Shown piece after piece: positions 1 through 8,620 of a DNA stretch of 64,000 nucleotides. Below the pieces are notes generated by a model that searched no databases, was not told the origin of the DNA, and worked only from the letters and a program-made list of their open reading frames with translations. The stretch comes from a virus, in IMG/VR virus record IMGVR_UViG_3300033977_000098, positions 1 to 64,000 of that record; one strand, 5' to 3'. The first letter of the stretch is position 1, and every line of letters begins with the position of its first letter. The position numbers were made by a program, and so were the translations under genes.

Positions 1-2
1 AA

Positions 3-458
3 CCGCGCCGTGGCGCACCGGCGCTTGAGTTGGGCATCAATTGACGGATTCACGAATTCCACTCCGCGCCCCACGTAGCTGTGGATCATCTCCGTCGGCC
101 ATTTGATGACGATGCCAGCGTGCGAGTAGCACAAGCCGAACTTGAAAAGCGCGATGTCGCCTTTGTGCGGTTCATTCACTTCACGGCAATACTTTTGCAG
201 GCCCCCTAAGTAGAGTTCGTCCTTGCGGTGCAGCATGAATTGCGCGGAATACTTGGGCACCTCGACCGCATCGACCACGCCTACCGCTGTATAAACTCCC
301 ACCAGCAACCCGAGGCAATCGCAGCCAACGCCTTTCAGACAAGCGTTATCGTGGAACTTGGTCCTCAGCCATGACATGGCCTCGGAGATAACTTGCTCGC
401 GCTGCCTGAACTCCAAACAATCACAAATAGTTTCGCCGATCATTGAGATTGCGCTCAT
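3..458 (-). CDS. NlpC/P60 (C40) phage tail cell-wall peptidase, runs off the window edge
   Basis: Manual translation MSAISMIGET...EAMSWLRTKFHDNACLKGVGCDCLGLL...GDIALFKFGLCYSHAGIV gives the DC and H catalytic motifs; GGAGG SD; follows DUF2163. Confidence 0.85.
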   Translation of the reverse strand, partial: MSAISMIGETICDCLEFRQREQVISEAMSWLRTKFHDNACLKGVGCDCLGLLVGVYTAVGVVDAVEVPKYSAQFMLHRKDELYLGGLQKYCREVNEPHKGDIALFKFGLCYSHAGIVIKWPTEMIHSYVGRGVEFVNPSIDAQLKRRCATAR

Positions 459-480
459 GCTGCGCCTCCGAAAACAAAGG

Positions 481-1419
481 TCAGACAGCGCTTTCTGGGA
501 CGGGCGTGAACGGTGTACCACCAAAGTTAATAAGATTATTGAACTTATTTAAGCAAGTATTCATAGATTTATCACACCCCGGAAATAGCGTGCAGGCATC
601 GCCTGTTGCGGGCGCGTTGACCAGCGGCGTGTAGAGCAGCACCGTATTCGGCGAGCCCGCCGTGAAGGCCCGCACGGGGACTTCCAGGCCGCTGTTAACG
701 CCGGAGGTGAACTTGAGTGTGCCTTGGGCGAAATAGCCAGACGGATTCGTCGGTCCGGAGACCATGAGTTTCTGGGTCCCACTTCCGGTAGCCACCGTGC
801 CGCTCACGCCAAAACTTGATTTCGTCAGCGTGCATCCCGGGCCATATAGTACCCAGCGGCAGCCGGGCATATAGACGTTGAACGGCATGGGAATATTCAG
901 CAGCTCGCGCCGGTCCTTCAGCGAAAAGACGGCGTGTTCGCGGCCGACCTCGGTGATATCCGAGACGTTGCCTTGAAAGAGCGGAATCGTGCCGCGCGAA
1001 GTATCCACGGGGCCCGGGCTGGGCGAATAAATTCGCTCAAGTTGCGCAAGCGCCCCGTCCAAATTGCCATTGACTAAAGCCTCTAAGAGCGTGAGACCCT
1101 GGTCTAGTGTGCCGGGCGAGGCATCCAGCGCCAGGCTGATTTCGTCCGTCTGCACGCCCATGCCCCACTTCAGATTATATGGATGGTCCTTCATGGGCTG
1201 GGGATAGAGGCTTACATTGGACGAGAACGTCACTGTGCCGGTGCGCGAGTCGCCTGGAAACGATGGATAGGTGAGCGTCACGTCCTGATCGCCGCTTGTG
1301 ACGCGGAAAACCGTTCCATCATTTAGGGTGAATGTCCAGAGGTCGGTCACGAGTAGCGCCATGTCGGTGCCCATAGCCGACTCAAGTAACGAAATCATGC
1401 CTGTCGTTGCCGGTTTCAT
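481..1419 (-). CDS. DUF2163 baseplate hub protein (GTA/TIGR02218-like)
   Basis: C-terminal GCDKS..TC..KFNN..NFGG.PF.P motif and CRWVLY..GC motif. Confidence 0.9.
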   Translation of the reverse strand: MKPATTGMISLLESAMGTDMALLVTDLWTFTLNDGTVFRVTSGDQDVTLTYPSFPGDSRTGTVTFSSNVSLYPQPMKDHPYNLKWGMGVQTDEISLALDASPGTLDQGLTLLEALVNGNLDGALAQLERIYSPSPGPVDTSRGTIPLFQGNVSDITEVGREHAVFSLKDRRELLNIPMPFNVYMPGCRWVLYGPGCTLTKSSFGVSGTVATGSGTQKLMVSGPTNPSGYFAQGTLKFTSGVNSGLEVPVRAFTAGSPNTVLLYTPLVNAPATGDACTLFPGCDKSMNTCLNKFNNLINFGGTPFTPVPESAV

Positions 1420-1556
1420 CCAAGAACTCCATGCCTACCAGAAAGACGCGGACCAGATCCTCGCGCCAGGGCGTTACTTCGTAAGTGAGACGGCAGAGCC
1501 GGAAGCCCAGGCTCACCACCCACACACGCTGCACTTCGATGCATACCACCGGCTCC

Positions 1557-1943
1557 TCACGCCGCGTGCTTCCCGAGCACGCCGGCGCCGCTCGTAAGCG
1601 CGCGGTAAATCTCTTCGGCGTGCGTGGGCTTGCGAAAGACTTTAAGACCCATGTGCTCGGCTCTGCGCGCAATCTCGTCATCGCCAGTGTGGAGCAGGAA
1701 GCGTGCGTGCTGTTTCATGCACTTCGCAAGCACCGCCAGCCAGTGGTCCTTTGAGTTCTCCCGCGCTGGGAAATTGCCATCGCAAATCACTGCGTCACAG
1801 CCAGACAGTGCGTCCAATGCTTCCTCAAGATTCCCGGCCTCCCGAATCTCGTCAATCGAGCCCGCCGAGCCGTCAAGCATCCAAAGCAACTCCGCTAGGA
1901 TAGCGCGGCACTCGGATTCGTCGTCAATGATGAGCAGCTTCAT
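1557..1943 (-). CDS. Stand-alone response-regulator receiver domain
   Basis: MKLLIIDDE, DAVICD (phospho-Asp), HTG and FRKP motifs. Confidence 0.7.
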   Translation of the reverse strand: MKLLIIDDESECRAILAELLWMLDGSAGSIDEIREAGNLEEALDALSGCDAVICDGNFPARENSKDHWLAVLAKCMKQHARFLLHTGDDEIARRAEHMGLKVFRKPTHAEEIYRALTSGAGVLGKHAA

Positions 1944-1948
1944 GTGGC

Positions 1949-2593
1949 TCACAATTTCACCGAGATAATTTCCACTTGCTTCAGGGACCACAGTTGAAAC
2001 ATGAAGTTCTCCAGCTCCAGCATGTCCTTCTCGAACCGGCACGTGAAGTTATACGAGAAATCGGCCGTGATGACCACGCCGCTTCCTGGTGCCGTATTAA
2101 ACGTGATAATGCCCGTGCTGCCGATGGAGTAGCTGGTTGCCGCTTGCAGAGTGCCGTTCAAATAGACGTTGATTGCCGGGTTGCCAAAGGGCGCCTGAAT
2201 GGGCTCGATGAATCCGCCAAAAGTCCTCACCATCTGGAACTGGGTTTGCGTGGCGTTCCCTGTGCCGATGATCTGGCCCTGCACGGTATTGTCCGATGGG
2301 TCGAAAAACAAAAACGGATTCAAGCTGCCTTGCATTTGCAGGAAGAATCCTTCGAGCGTGCGCAAGTCGGTGTCGGTATTCTGCTCGTAAAGGTCATCGG
2401 GATTGTCCTTGAGGTAGTTGTATGAAATCTCGTAATGCCATCGGGGATATGTCCAGTACGCTAGGCGGAACTCCTTGCCCGAAGTCGCCTCGTGAATCTG
2501 CGTGCGCCATTCTGGGTGGCGCTTGATCGGCCAAGTAAGACCGCGCACGCCTAGACCTGCCGGGTCTATCGAAGGATAATAAGGCAAACTCAC
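1949..2593 (-). CDS. DUF2460 distal tail protein (TIGR02217-like)
   Basis: PEWRTQIHEATSGKEFR, FLFFDPSD, GTGNATQTQFQ, ITADFSYNFTCRF; sits after the tape measure gene. Confidence 0.9.
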   Translation of the reverse strand: MSLPYYPSIDPAGLGVRGLTWPIKRHPEWRTQIHEATSGKEFRLAYWTYPRWHYEISYNYLKDNPDDLYEQNTDTDLRTLEGFFLQMQGSLNPFLFFDPSDNTVQGQIIGTGNATQTQFQMVRTFGGFIEPIQAPFGNPAINVYLNGTLQAATSYSIGSTGIITFNTAPGSGVVITADFSYNFTCRFEKDMLELENFMFQLWSLKQVEIISVKL

Positions 2594-5037
2594 CGTCTAA
2601 TTCCACCTCGACTCGTCGCACCGTAGCCGCGCAGCATCCGCGCTACGGCATTCTGGAATTGCTGGTTGCGCCGCGCGAGGACCCGATCTACTCCCTTGGC
2701 GTCAAGCGCGCTAATGGGCCCCTGATGCAGCGAAACGTTATGTGTCCCTCCGCCGCCCAGCGTGCCTTCGCCGAGCGCTTTGAAGGCTGGCGTCAGCCAA
2801 GAGGGCGAAACGACTTCGGTCTCATGCACTAGCGCGAGCCCCGTCGCTCCTACTTGGCCGCCCTTCTGAAAAGCGGCAAGCGCCATCACCCCCGCAAAGG
2901 TTGCCGCAGCCGCAGCGGCGCCCAGCGCCGGGCCTACCACGGGAATATCAGATAAGGCATCCCAGGCTTTCGCGGCCGCAGATTTCGCAGATTTCAAGAT
3001 GCTCAGGCTCGCGCTGCCAGTTTCGATAGCCTCCCTTTGTGCCGCCGCTAGAGCCAAATTAGCTGTCTGCGCGGTCTCGGCGGTGCGTGCTGCGATCGTC
3101 TCCGCAACTTTCCCAGCAATGAACTTCTCGGTTATCTTCACGATGTTCTCGAAGGCTGTGTTCACCACGTTTGCCCACATACCGACCCAGGCATAGCGCC
3201 AGCGCTCTTGCCCCGAGGTCCATTTGAAGAGCGCCGAATCGAAAGAGTCCGTCATCTTCGTCATGCCTTGCTGCATGTTTAAGACTTCCTGGTTTTGCAG
3301 CTTTTGAACCTCTGCCTCGTACTTCTGGCGCGCGAGTTTCATTTTATTCAGCGTTTCCTGGTATTTCTCGTAGTCATCTTCGTAGGCTTTGAGGTCGATC
3401 TCGAGGGTCTTCTCCTGGGCGTCATATTGCGCCAGTGCCAAGTCTTTGAGCTTCGCTATTTTTTGATTAAAGCTCAATGTCCCCAGGGAGGATGCTTGTT
3501 CTACGGCGGTACGCTGCTGTTCGATCTGTCCGTCAGCAAATTCCTGCTCCTGCGCCGCCGCGCTGCGCTTTCGTTCCGCAAGTATCTCGGCTCCGCGGCG
3601 CGCTTGAGCATCGCTCTCCGCTTGTTGACGCACCTGCCTTTCAAAATTCGCAACAGTCGAATCTTGAATGGTCTTCTGGCCGGCCACGAAATGGTCCGTG
3701 ACTTCCGCGTCTAAGCTCTTGAGCTTGTCATCGTGCTCGACTTGGGCAGCCTCAATCTCGTGATTGATCGCCACAACTTCTGCCAGACGCTTGATGGGGC
3801 TTATCTCTGGCTCGGCTTCCACTCTGGCGCGCTTGGCAAGCAGAGCTTCAGTCTTGATGCGGTAGAGTTCGTCGGCATGCACGCGCTCGGCAGCAATTTC
3901 TTCACCCCAGGCATCCTTGTTGATCTTTGCAGTCTCCTTGGCGCGGTGGAGCGTGGCATCGACCAGGGCCGTGTCGCGCTTCTCGGTGGCTCCTAGGATG
4001 GCGGCGCTTCCTTCCAGCTCCTCCTTGACGGTATCGGTTGCTGCCCGCAACCTAGCGTTGTGCAGTTTTTCATCCTCAGCCCCGATACTTCGCTGCGCGT
4101 CCTGATAGAGCCGTGTTAACGCTGCGATCTGTGGACCGGCACGCGCTGCTCCCGTTGCCGCCAGTCGCGCCTCTTCCTCAGTGATCTCCTTGAGTCCCGC
4201 CCGCATTTTATCAACGGTGTCATGGGCCTCTATCCAGTTATAAATCCACGCCTCCAACTCGCTATTACTTTTTTCAGAAATAGTTGTCCCTGCGGCAACC
4301 GCCGAGCCCATCACTATGCCCATGGTTGCCATGTCTTTCATGTATTCCCAAGCGATACGTATGTTATCGGCGGTCGCCTGCCAGAAACTCGACTGCGTTT
4401 CGAGTACCTTGTTTGTATCCTCTATTGCACCCTTGAGGACGACGTGCATTTTCGGCATATCTTCGATTTCGGCGCGGTACTTGGCAAGCGGGCCTTCCGT
4501 GATTCCGATGTATTCCTCGTGAAGCTTGAGCAGCTCATCGGACTGGCGGTCCTCGGATTCCTTCAGCTCCATCGACGCTTTCGCGGTCTCAAGTTGCTTC
4601 TTCTCATATGCCTCGAAAATGGATATCCCGGCCGCGATAATACCAACAGGCACAAGTGCTGCCAAGACAGGCCCCACTCCTGCCGCTTGCACGCCAAGCA
4701 TTTCGATGAGCCGCCCCATGCGCGACATGCCAGGAACAGCTTCGAAAGCCATGTGGCCGGCCATGCGCGCCATGGTGTGTTCCATGCGCTCGACGTTGCC
4801 GACGCTGGCTGCGTTGGCTTCACCTAGCGCGCGCTGCGCAGTGGCGGCGCGCGCCAATGCTTCGCCCAAGTTTTTGAGATTTTCTTCAGAGCGCGTTTCC
4901 GTGGCGGCCGCTTGCGCGGCGTGGACCTGCTTTAAGGCATCGGAGTAGCGAAGGCTCGCTTCCGCAACCTGGTTCCAGCGGTTGACGGTTTCGTCTACGC
5001 CATCGACGACCAGCGTCGACCGCAACTCATCCGCCAT
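2590..5037 (-). CDS. Tail tape measure protein
   Basis: About 815 aa, Ala/Glu-rich helical; C-terminal IPVVGPALGAAAAAA..AFQKGG; synteny. Confidence 0.88.
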   Translation of the reverse strand: MADELRSTLVVDGVDETVNRWNQVAEASLRYSDALKQVHAAQAAATETRSEENLKNLGEALARAATAQRALGEANAASVGNVERMEHTMARMAGHMAFEAVPGMSRMGRLIEMLGVQAAGVGPVLAALVPVGIIAAGISIFEAYEKKQLETAKASMELKESEDRQSDELLKLHEEYIGITEGPLAKYRAEIEDMPKMHVVLKGAIEDTNKVLETQSSFWQATADNIRIAWEYMKDMATMGIVMGSAVAAGTTISEKSNSELEAWIYNWIEAHDTVDKMRAGLKEITEEEARLAATGAARAGPQIAALTRLYQDAQRSIGAEDEKLHNARLRAATDTVKEELEGSAAILGATEKRDTALVDATLHRAKETAKINKDAWGEEIAAERVHADELYRIKTEALLAKRARVEAEPEISPIKRLAEVVAINHEIEAAQVEHDDKLKSLDAEVTDHFVAGQKTIQDSTVANFERQVRQQAESDAQARRGAEILAERKRSAAAQEQEFADGQIEQQRTAVEQASSLGTLSFNQKIAKLKDLALAQYDAQEKTLEIDLKAYEDDYEKYQETLNKMKLARQKYEAEVQKLQNQEVLNMQQGMTKMTDSFDSALFKWTSGQERWRYAWVGMWANVVNTAFENIVKITEKFIAGKVAETIAARTAETAQTANLALAAAQREAIETGSASLSILKSAKSAAAKAWDALSDIPVVGPALGAAAAAATFAGVMALAAFQKGGQVGATGLALVHETEVVSPSWLTPAFKALGEGTLGGGGTHNVSLHQGPISALDAKGVDRVLARRNQQFQNAVARMLRGYGATSRGGIRR

Positions 5038-5395
5038 GGGCCTTCTCCTTCTTCCGCTGTTCCGCAAGCGCGCGCACGTCGGGCGGCAGTTGGTCCCAGG
5101 TCGTAATGCCGACTTCGCGCGTCATTCCTGCGCGGCTCGTAACAGTTTGTTCGGTGTTGGTCAAAGGCGGACGCGACTCGGAGTGCTGCCCGATGCGGAT
5201 GCCGAAAGCCGCAGCGAACATTTGGGTGAGCTGGCGGAGTGCCAGGTGGGGAGGCGGGAAGCGGCGGAAGTAGTCACACAAATCCAAGACCTTCGGGAAT
5301 TCCATGTCATCGAGTTCTTTCCAGCCGATATGGGTCGCGACTAGGATGCAACCCCGGATGTCGCGGAGGAGCTGCCCGGGATTGCTGACTTTTCC
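5027..5395 (-). CDS. Tail assembly chaperone, -1 frameshift extension (gpT-like)
   Basis: The -1 frame is open from the GGAAAAG site at 5389-5395 through the 92-aa ORF. Confidence 0.6.
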   Translation of the reverse strand, partial: GKVSNPGQLLRDIRGCILVATHIGWKELDDMEFPKVLDLCDYFRRFPPPHLALRQLTQMFAAAFGIRIGQHSESRPPLTNTEQTVTSRAGMTREVGITTWDQLPPDVRALAEQRKKEKAHGG

Positions 5396-5811
5396 GGGGG
5401 CGCCGCCGCCCTTCCTAACCCGCTGAACGCCAGCACCTCGTCAGGAAGGAAGCTCCAGAAAAGCAGCGGATCCAGTTCGTCCTTGAGACGCTGTTCCGTC
5501 CATTGTTCGGACGCGGGCGTTGCGAGCGCCTCGATTTCCTCTCGTAGCGCAGTCCACTCGTCTTCCGCTCCTTCCGCAGGTTGCAACTTCTCAATAAACG
5601 CCAGCAGTTTGACGAGCACGCGGCGGTGCGGATTCATGTCGCCGTTGATCGCATTATTCAGTGCCTTGCAGAGAAGTGCCGCATTGCTGATGATGGCCTC
5701 GGGGCGCCTTGTGGGCGTCGGCTCGCTGAGATACTCCTCGACTTGGGCAAAGGTGAGTGGCGCGATTCTGAAGCTCGCGCCATCGAAAGTGACGAGTTTG
5801 GTTCTCGGCAT
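5341..5811 (-). CDS. Tail assembly chaperone (gpG-like)
   Basis: Lies between tail tube and tape measure; IAPLTFAQVE motif. Confidence 0.7.
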   Translation of the reverse strand: MPRTKLVTFDGASFRIAPLTFAQVEEYLSEPTPTRRPEAIISNAALLCKALNNAINGDMNPHRRVLVKLLAFIEKLQPAEGAEDEWTALREEIEALATPASEQWTEQRLKDELDPLLFWSFLPDEVLAFSGLGRAAAPPEKSAIPGSSSATSGVAS

Positions 5812-5895
5812 CGCGCGCTCCTTTACGTGTGCGGATTTGCGGCGACGCACCCCGCCGCCCTAGGAGCATTAGGGATCGGATGAGCCTGATGAGGC

Positions 5896-6642
5896 TCAAG
5901 CTGATATCTGGAAGAAATCCACCACCTTGCCTGCCGCGTTCGGGTAGGCTTCAAACTCGAAGTCCGAAATCAGGTAATTGTCCCGCTTCAGCGGGTTCGA
6001 CATCTTCGAGCACCGACACGTATAAAGATGAACCCCATTGGTCCCTTGATAGGGCTCCAGCAAGAACAGTTCGAATGTCGGGCCGTACCCTTGCAAATGG
6101 TTGTTGGCCGTCAGCGTCGTCCCAGAGCTTGAAGTGTAGACATAGCTGATGAGGACAGCGGCTCCAGCGTCGCCAGAATAGAACGTGTATGTCCCCGTGG
6201 ACGTGCTGACCGTGTATTGGCCCGCAGCGGTGAGGCTCGACACGCGCACGAGCGGTTGCCCCGTGCTGGCGTACTGTACCCCTAGGTCCTCGCTGTAAGT
6301 GGCATGGTTAGTGACCTGGATAGTATATGGTCCCGGGCTGGTCGGCACAGGCTGCGATTCTTGCGGTTGCACAATGCTGATGCCCGTAACCGTCGTCTCG
6401 GCGTAGAAGAGTGCATTGTAGATGTTGATTTCGATGTTCGCGAAGGCCGCCTTGCCGCTGATCTTCATGTCCGAGGGAGCCACATCGTCCGGAAACTTGT
6501 TTTGCCCGTAGAGGGACTGGAGCTTCTGCGTGATCTCCAAGTCTACATTCTGAATCGTCCCGAAGCGCTGCGGCCAGGATGGTGAGCCCTGGTTGCCGCC
6601 GTTTGGGTTGCCATACATCCCGCCTACGCCGAATTGAAACAT
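5896..6642 (-). CDS. Major tail tube protein, copy 2
   Basis: FGTIQNVDLEIT..LYGQNKFP..KISGKA; position upstream of chaperones; GGAGGT SD. Confidence 0.8.
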   Translation of the reverse strand: MFQFGVGGMYGNPNGGNQGSPSWPQRFGTIQNVDLEITQKLQSLYGQNKFPDDVAPSDMKISGKAAFANIEINIYNALFYAETTVTGISIVQPQESQPVPTSPGPYTIQVTNHATYSEDLGVQYASTGQPLVRVSSLTAAGQYTVSTSTGTYTFYSGDAGAAVLISYVYTSSSGTTLTANNHLQGYGPTFELFLLEPYQGTNGVHLYTCRCSKMSNPLKRDNYLISDFEFEAYPNAAGKVVDFFQISA

Positions 6643-6660
6643 TGGATAATACCTCCGTGC

Positions 6661-7401
6661 TTATACAGAAATCTGATAGAAGTCGATCACCTTCCCGGCG
6701 GCATTCGGATATGCTTCAAACTCGAAGTCGGAGATGAGATAGTTGTCACGCTTCAACGGATTGCTCATCTTCGAGCAGCGGCAGGTGTAGAGGTGTACAC
6801 CGTTCGTGCCCTGATACGGCTCCAAGAGAAAAAGCTCGAAGGTGGGGCCATAGCCCTGGAGGTGGTTTAGCGCCGTCAGTGTGTTGCCCGAAGTCAGCGT
6901 ATAGCTGTAGGAGATGAACACTGGAAAGCCGCTGGACACGTCGGCCGAACTGAACGTGTAAGTCGCGCTGCTCACCGTGTACTGGCCTGCGGCGGGCGTA
7001 CCGCTGGGGAGGCGCACGAGCGGTTGGCCGGTCGTGCCGTTACGCACCCCGAGGTCCTCGCCGAAGGCCCCGCTGCCGGGCGGCGTGATCGTCACCGTGG
7101 AAGCGATGGCGTGACTTTCATCCGGGCTTACCGCCGTGATGCCGCTGGCGACCGTGTCCGCGTAGAAGAGTGCATTGTAGATGTTGATTTCGATGTTCGC
7201 GAAGGCCGCCTTGCCGCTGATCTTCATGTCCGAGGGAGCCACATCGTCGGGGAATTTGTTCTGCCCGTACAGCGAGACGAGTTTTTGGGTGATTTCGAGA
7301 TCGACGTTCTGGATGGTGCCGAAACGCTGCGGCCAACTGGGTGACCCGGCATTGCCGCCGTTAGGATTTCCGTACATTCCGCCCACGCCGAATTGAAAAA
7401 T
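6661..7401 (-). CDS. Major tail tube protein, copy 1 (probable ATT start)
   Basis: N- and C-terminal thirds nearly identical to copy 2; GGAGGT-8nt-ATT TTT CAA TTC aligns with GGAGGT-8nt-ATG TTT CAA TTC. Confidence 0.8.
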   Translation of the reverse strand: MFQFGVGGMYGNPNGGNAGSPSWPQRFGTIQNVDLEITQKLVSLYGQNKFPDDVAPSDMKISGKAAFANIEINIYNALFYADTVASGITAVSPDESHAIASTVTITPPGSGAFGEDLGVRNGTTGQPLVRLPSGTPAAGQYTVSSATYTFSSADVSSGFPVFISYSYTLTSGNTLTALNHLQGYGPTFELFLLEPYQGTNGVHLYTCRCSKMSNPLKRDNYLISDFEFEAYPNAAGKVIDFYQISV

Positions 7402-7469
7402 GGTCGTGTACCTCCGGCCTGTTGGCCAGCCGCGTTATTTACCGGACGATGGTGCGTCCAAGGGCAACG

Positions 7470-7640
7470 CTAGAAAGCAGAATTTGAGCCGTCAAGCGAT
7501 TTTTTTAAGGGTAGGCCGATTTCCTTGGCGAGCTTTTCGCGGAGTTGTTTGGCGAGTTGGATCTCAGTGAAATTCAATGCGCCGTGCGCGAGGGCGCTAT
7601 CGAGGGCAAGGATAATAACTTTCTTCTCGTCATCGGACAT
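7470..7640 (-). CDS. Small hypothetical protein (MSDDEKK...)
   Basis: 56-aa ORF whose ATG shares its A with the tRNA-Thr CCA. Confidence 0.4.
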   Translation of the reverse strand: MSDDEKKVIILALDSALAHGALNFTEIQLAKQLREKLAKEIGLPLKKSLDGSNSAF

Positions 7641-7715
7641 GGAGCCGCCGAGAGGACTCGAACCTCCAATTGCCAGTTTACGAGACTGGTCCTGTCGCCA
7701 CTGAGGCACGGCGGC
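7640..7715 (-). tRNA. tRNA-Thr(CGT)
   Basis: GCCGCCG/CGGCGGC acceptor stem, CCAGT-CT CGT AA-ACTGG anticodon arm, GGTTCGAGTCC T-arm, encoded CCA. Confidence 0.92.
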
Positions 7716-7800
7716 TGGCGGAGGATAGAGGAGTCGAACCCCACGGTGTTACCCGCCCTGGTTTTCAGGACCAGTTGCCGCCCGCGCAGCAGTATCCTCC
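7716..7800 (-). tRNA. Non-canonical 8/4 tRNA-Ser(TGA), allo-tRNA-like
   Basis: 8-bp GGAGGATA/TATCCTCC acceptor stem + GCCA; 4-bp T-stem; 5-6-bp D-stem with tetraloop; long variable arm; anticodon loop CC TGA AA. Confidence 0.85.
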
Positions 7801-7864
7801 GGGTGTCGTGCGTTGGCGTCTCAGCCAAGGGTGCGTTTCGCCGCGTTGTATTAAATTGCAAGGT

Positions 7865-7937
7865 TGGTGAAGGGCCGTGGAGGGTTGCCGAGAGCGTCGC
7901 CGCTGAGCCAAGTTCAGCGGCAAGGCCACGGCCCTTC
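7865..7937 (-). ncRNA. CCA-ending tRNA-like structured RNA
   Basis: 12-bp GAAGGGCCGTGG/CCACGGCCCTTC followed by ACCA; inner 10-bp hairpin with a 7-nt loop. Confidence 0.55.
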
Positions 7938-8110
7938 ATATCGCGCACTCTCAACCTCTGAATGAATTCTTTCCTCTATAGCCTTTAGCACCAGTGCGTC
8001 GATCCAATCGCGGCTAAAGAAGTGCTTGGCTGAAACCGCACACCATCGCCACAACAATATCGGCAATGGCTCGTCACGATAAATCGCCGTTCGTTCTATT
8101 GCTTCCATAC

Positions 8111-8581
8111 TCATATCGCGCACATGACGTGGACTTCCGCCTCCAAAGCGCATTGCTGGTCGAGTACGCCCGGCTGCATGTTGACCTCGCCGTCGATCCA
8201 GGCGTTCACCACGCCTGCGACTCCCAACGTTTGCGGTTGGCCAGGAGGCGTGCCCAAGAGCGCCGCCTGAATGGCCTGCCAGCATTGATTGAGTAAAGTC
8301 TGCGGAGCGGTAGGGTTAGTGGGGCTGACATTCGCGTCGGCCCGTGTGTACACCAGAGCCAGAAGCCGCAGCGTGTAGCGCGGCGCACCCCAGGCTTGGT
8401 TTTGCTCAACCCGGCCCCCGAAAGGCAGCAGAAAGAAAGCTGGCTGCTCGGCCGGCGTGATGTTCGCCCAAATCCGCGCGTGGCGGCTGAACAGTTTGAA
8501 CTGTCCGGGCACTGCCGTAGTGATCGCTGACTTCAACAGCGAAAACAGCGTCGATTCCACAAGTTCGGGATTGAAGGCCAT
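8111..8581 (-). CDS. Tail terminator/completion protein
   Basis: QPAFFL, QTLG..GVVNAWIDG motifs; neck-region synteny. Confidence 0.75.
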   Translation of the reverse strand: MAFNPELVESTLFSLLKSAITTAVPGQFKLFSRHARIWANITPAEQPAFFLLPFGGRVEQNQAWGAPRYTLRLLALVYTRADANVSPTNPTAPQTLLNQCWQAIQAALLGTPPGQPQTLGVAGVVNAWIDGEVNMQPGVLDQQCALEAEVHVMCAI

Positions 8582-8620
8582 GGTATAATCCCAGCGTGCT
8601 GGTCTATCTTGCCAAAGGAC

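Noticed and set aside
5896-7401. Diversity-generating retroelement TR/VR pair
   Set aside because: No reverse transcriptase; differences are not adenine-specific and both copies are full genes
7640-7715. tRNA-Thr as a prophage attachment site
   Set aside because: It lies mid-operon, with no duplicate 3' end and no integrase in the window
7716-7800. tRNA-Sec
   Set aside because: The anticodon is TGA, not TCA, and the branch is 8/4 rather than 8/5
7801-7864. Possible hammerhead ribozyme (GAAA and CTGAGA close together)
   Set aside because: Stem III and the cleavage triplet cannot be formed; only two small hairpins
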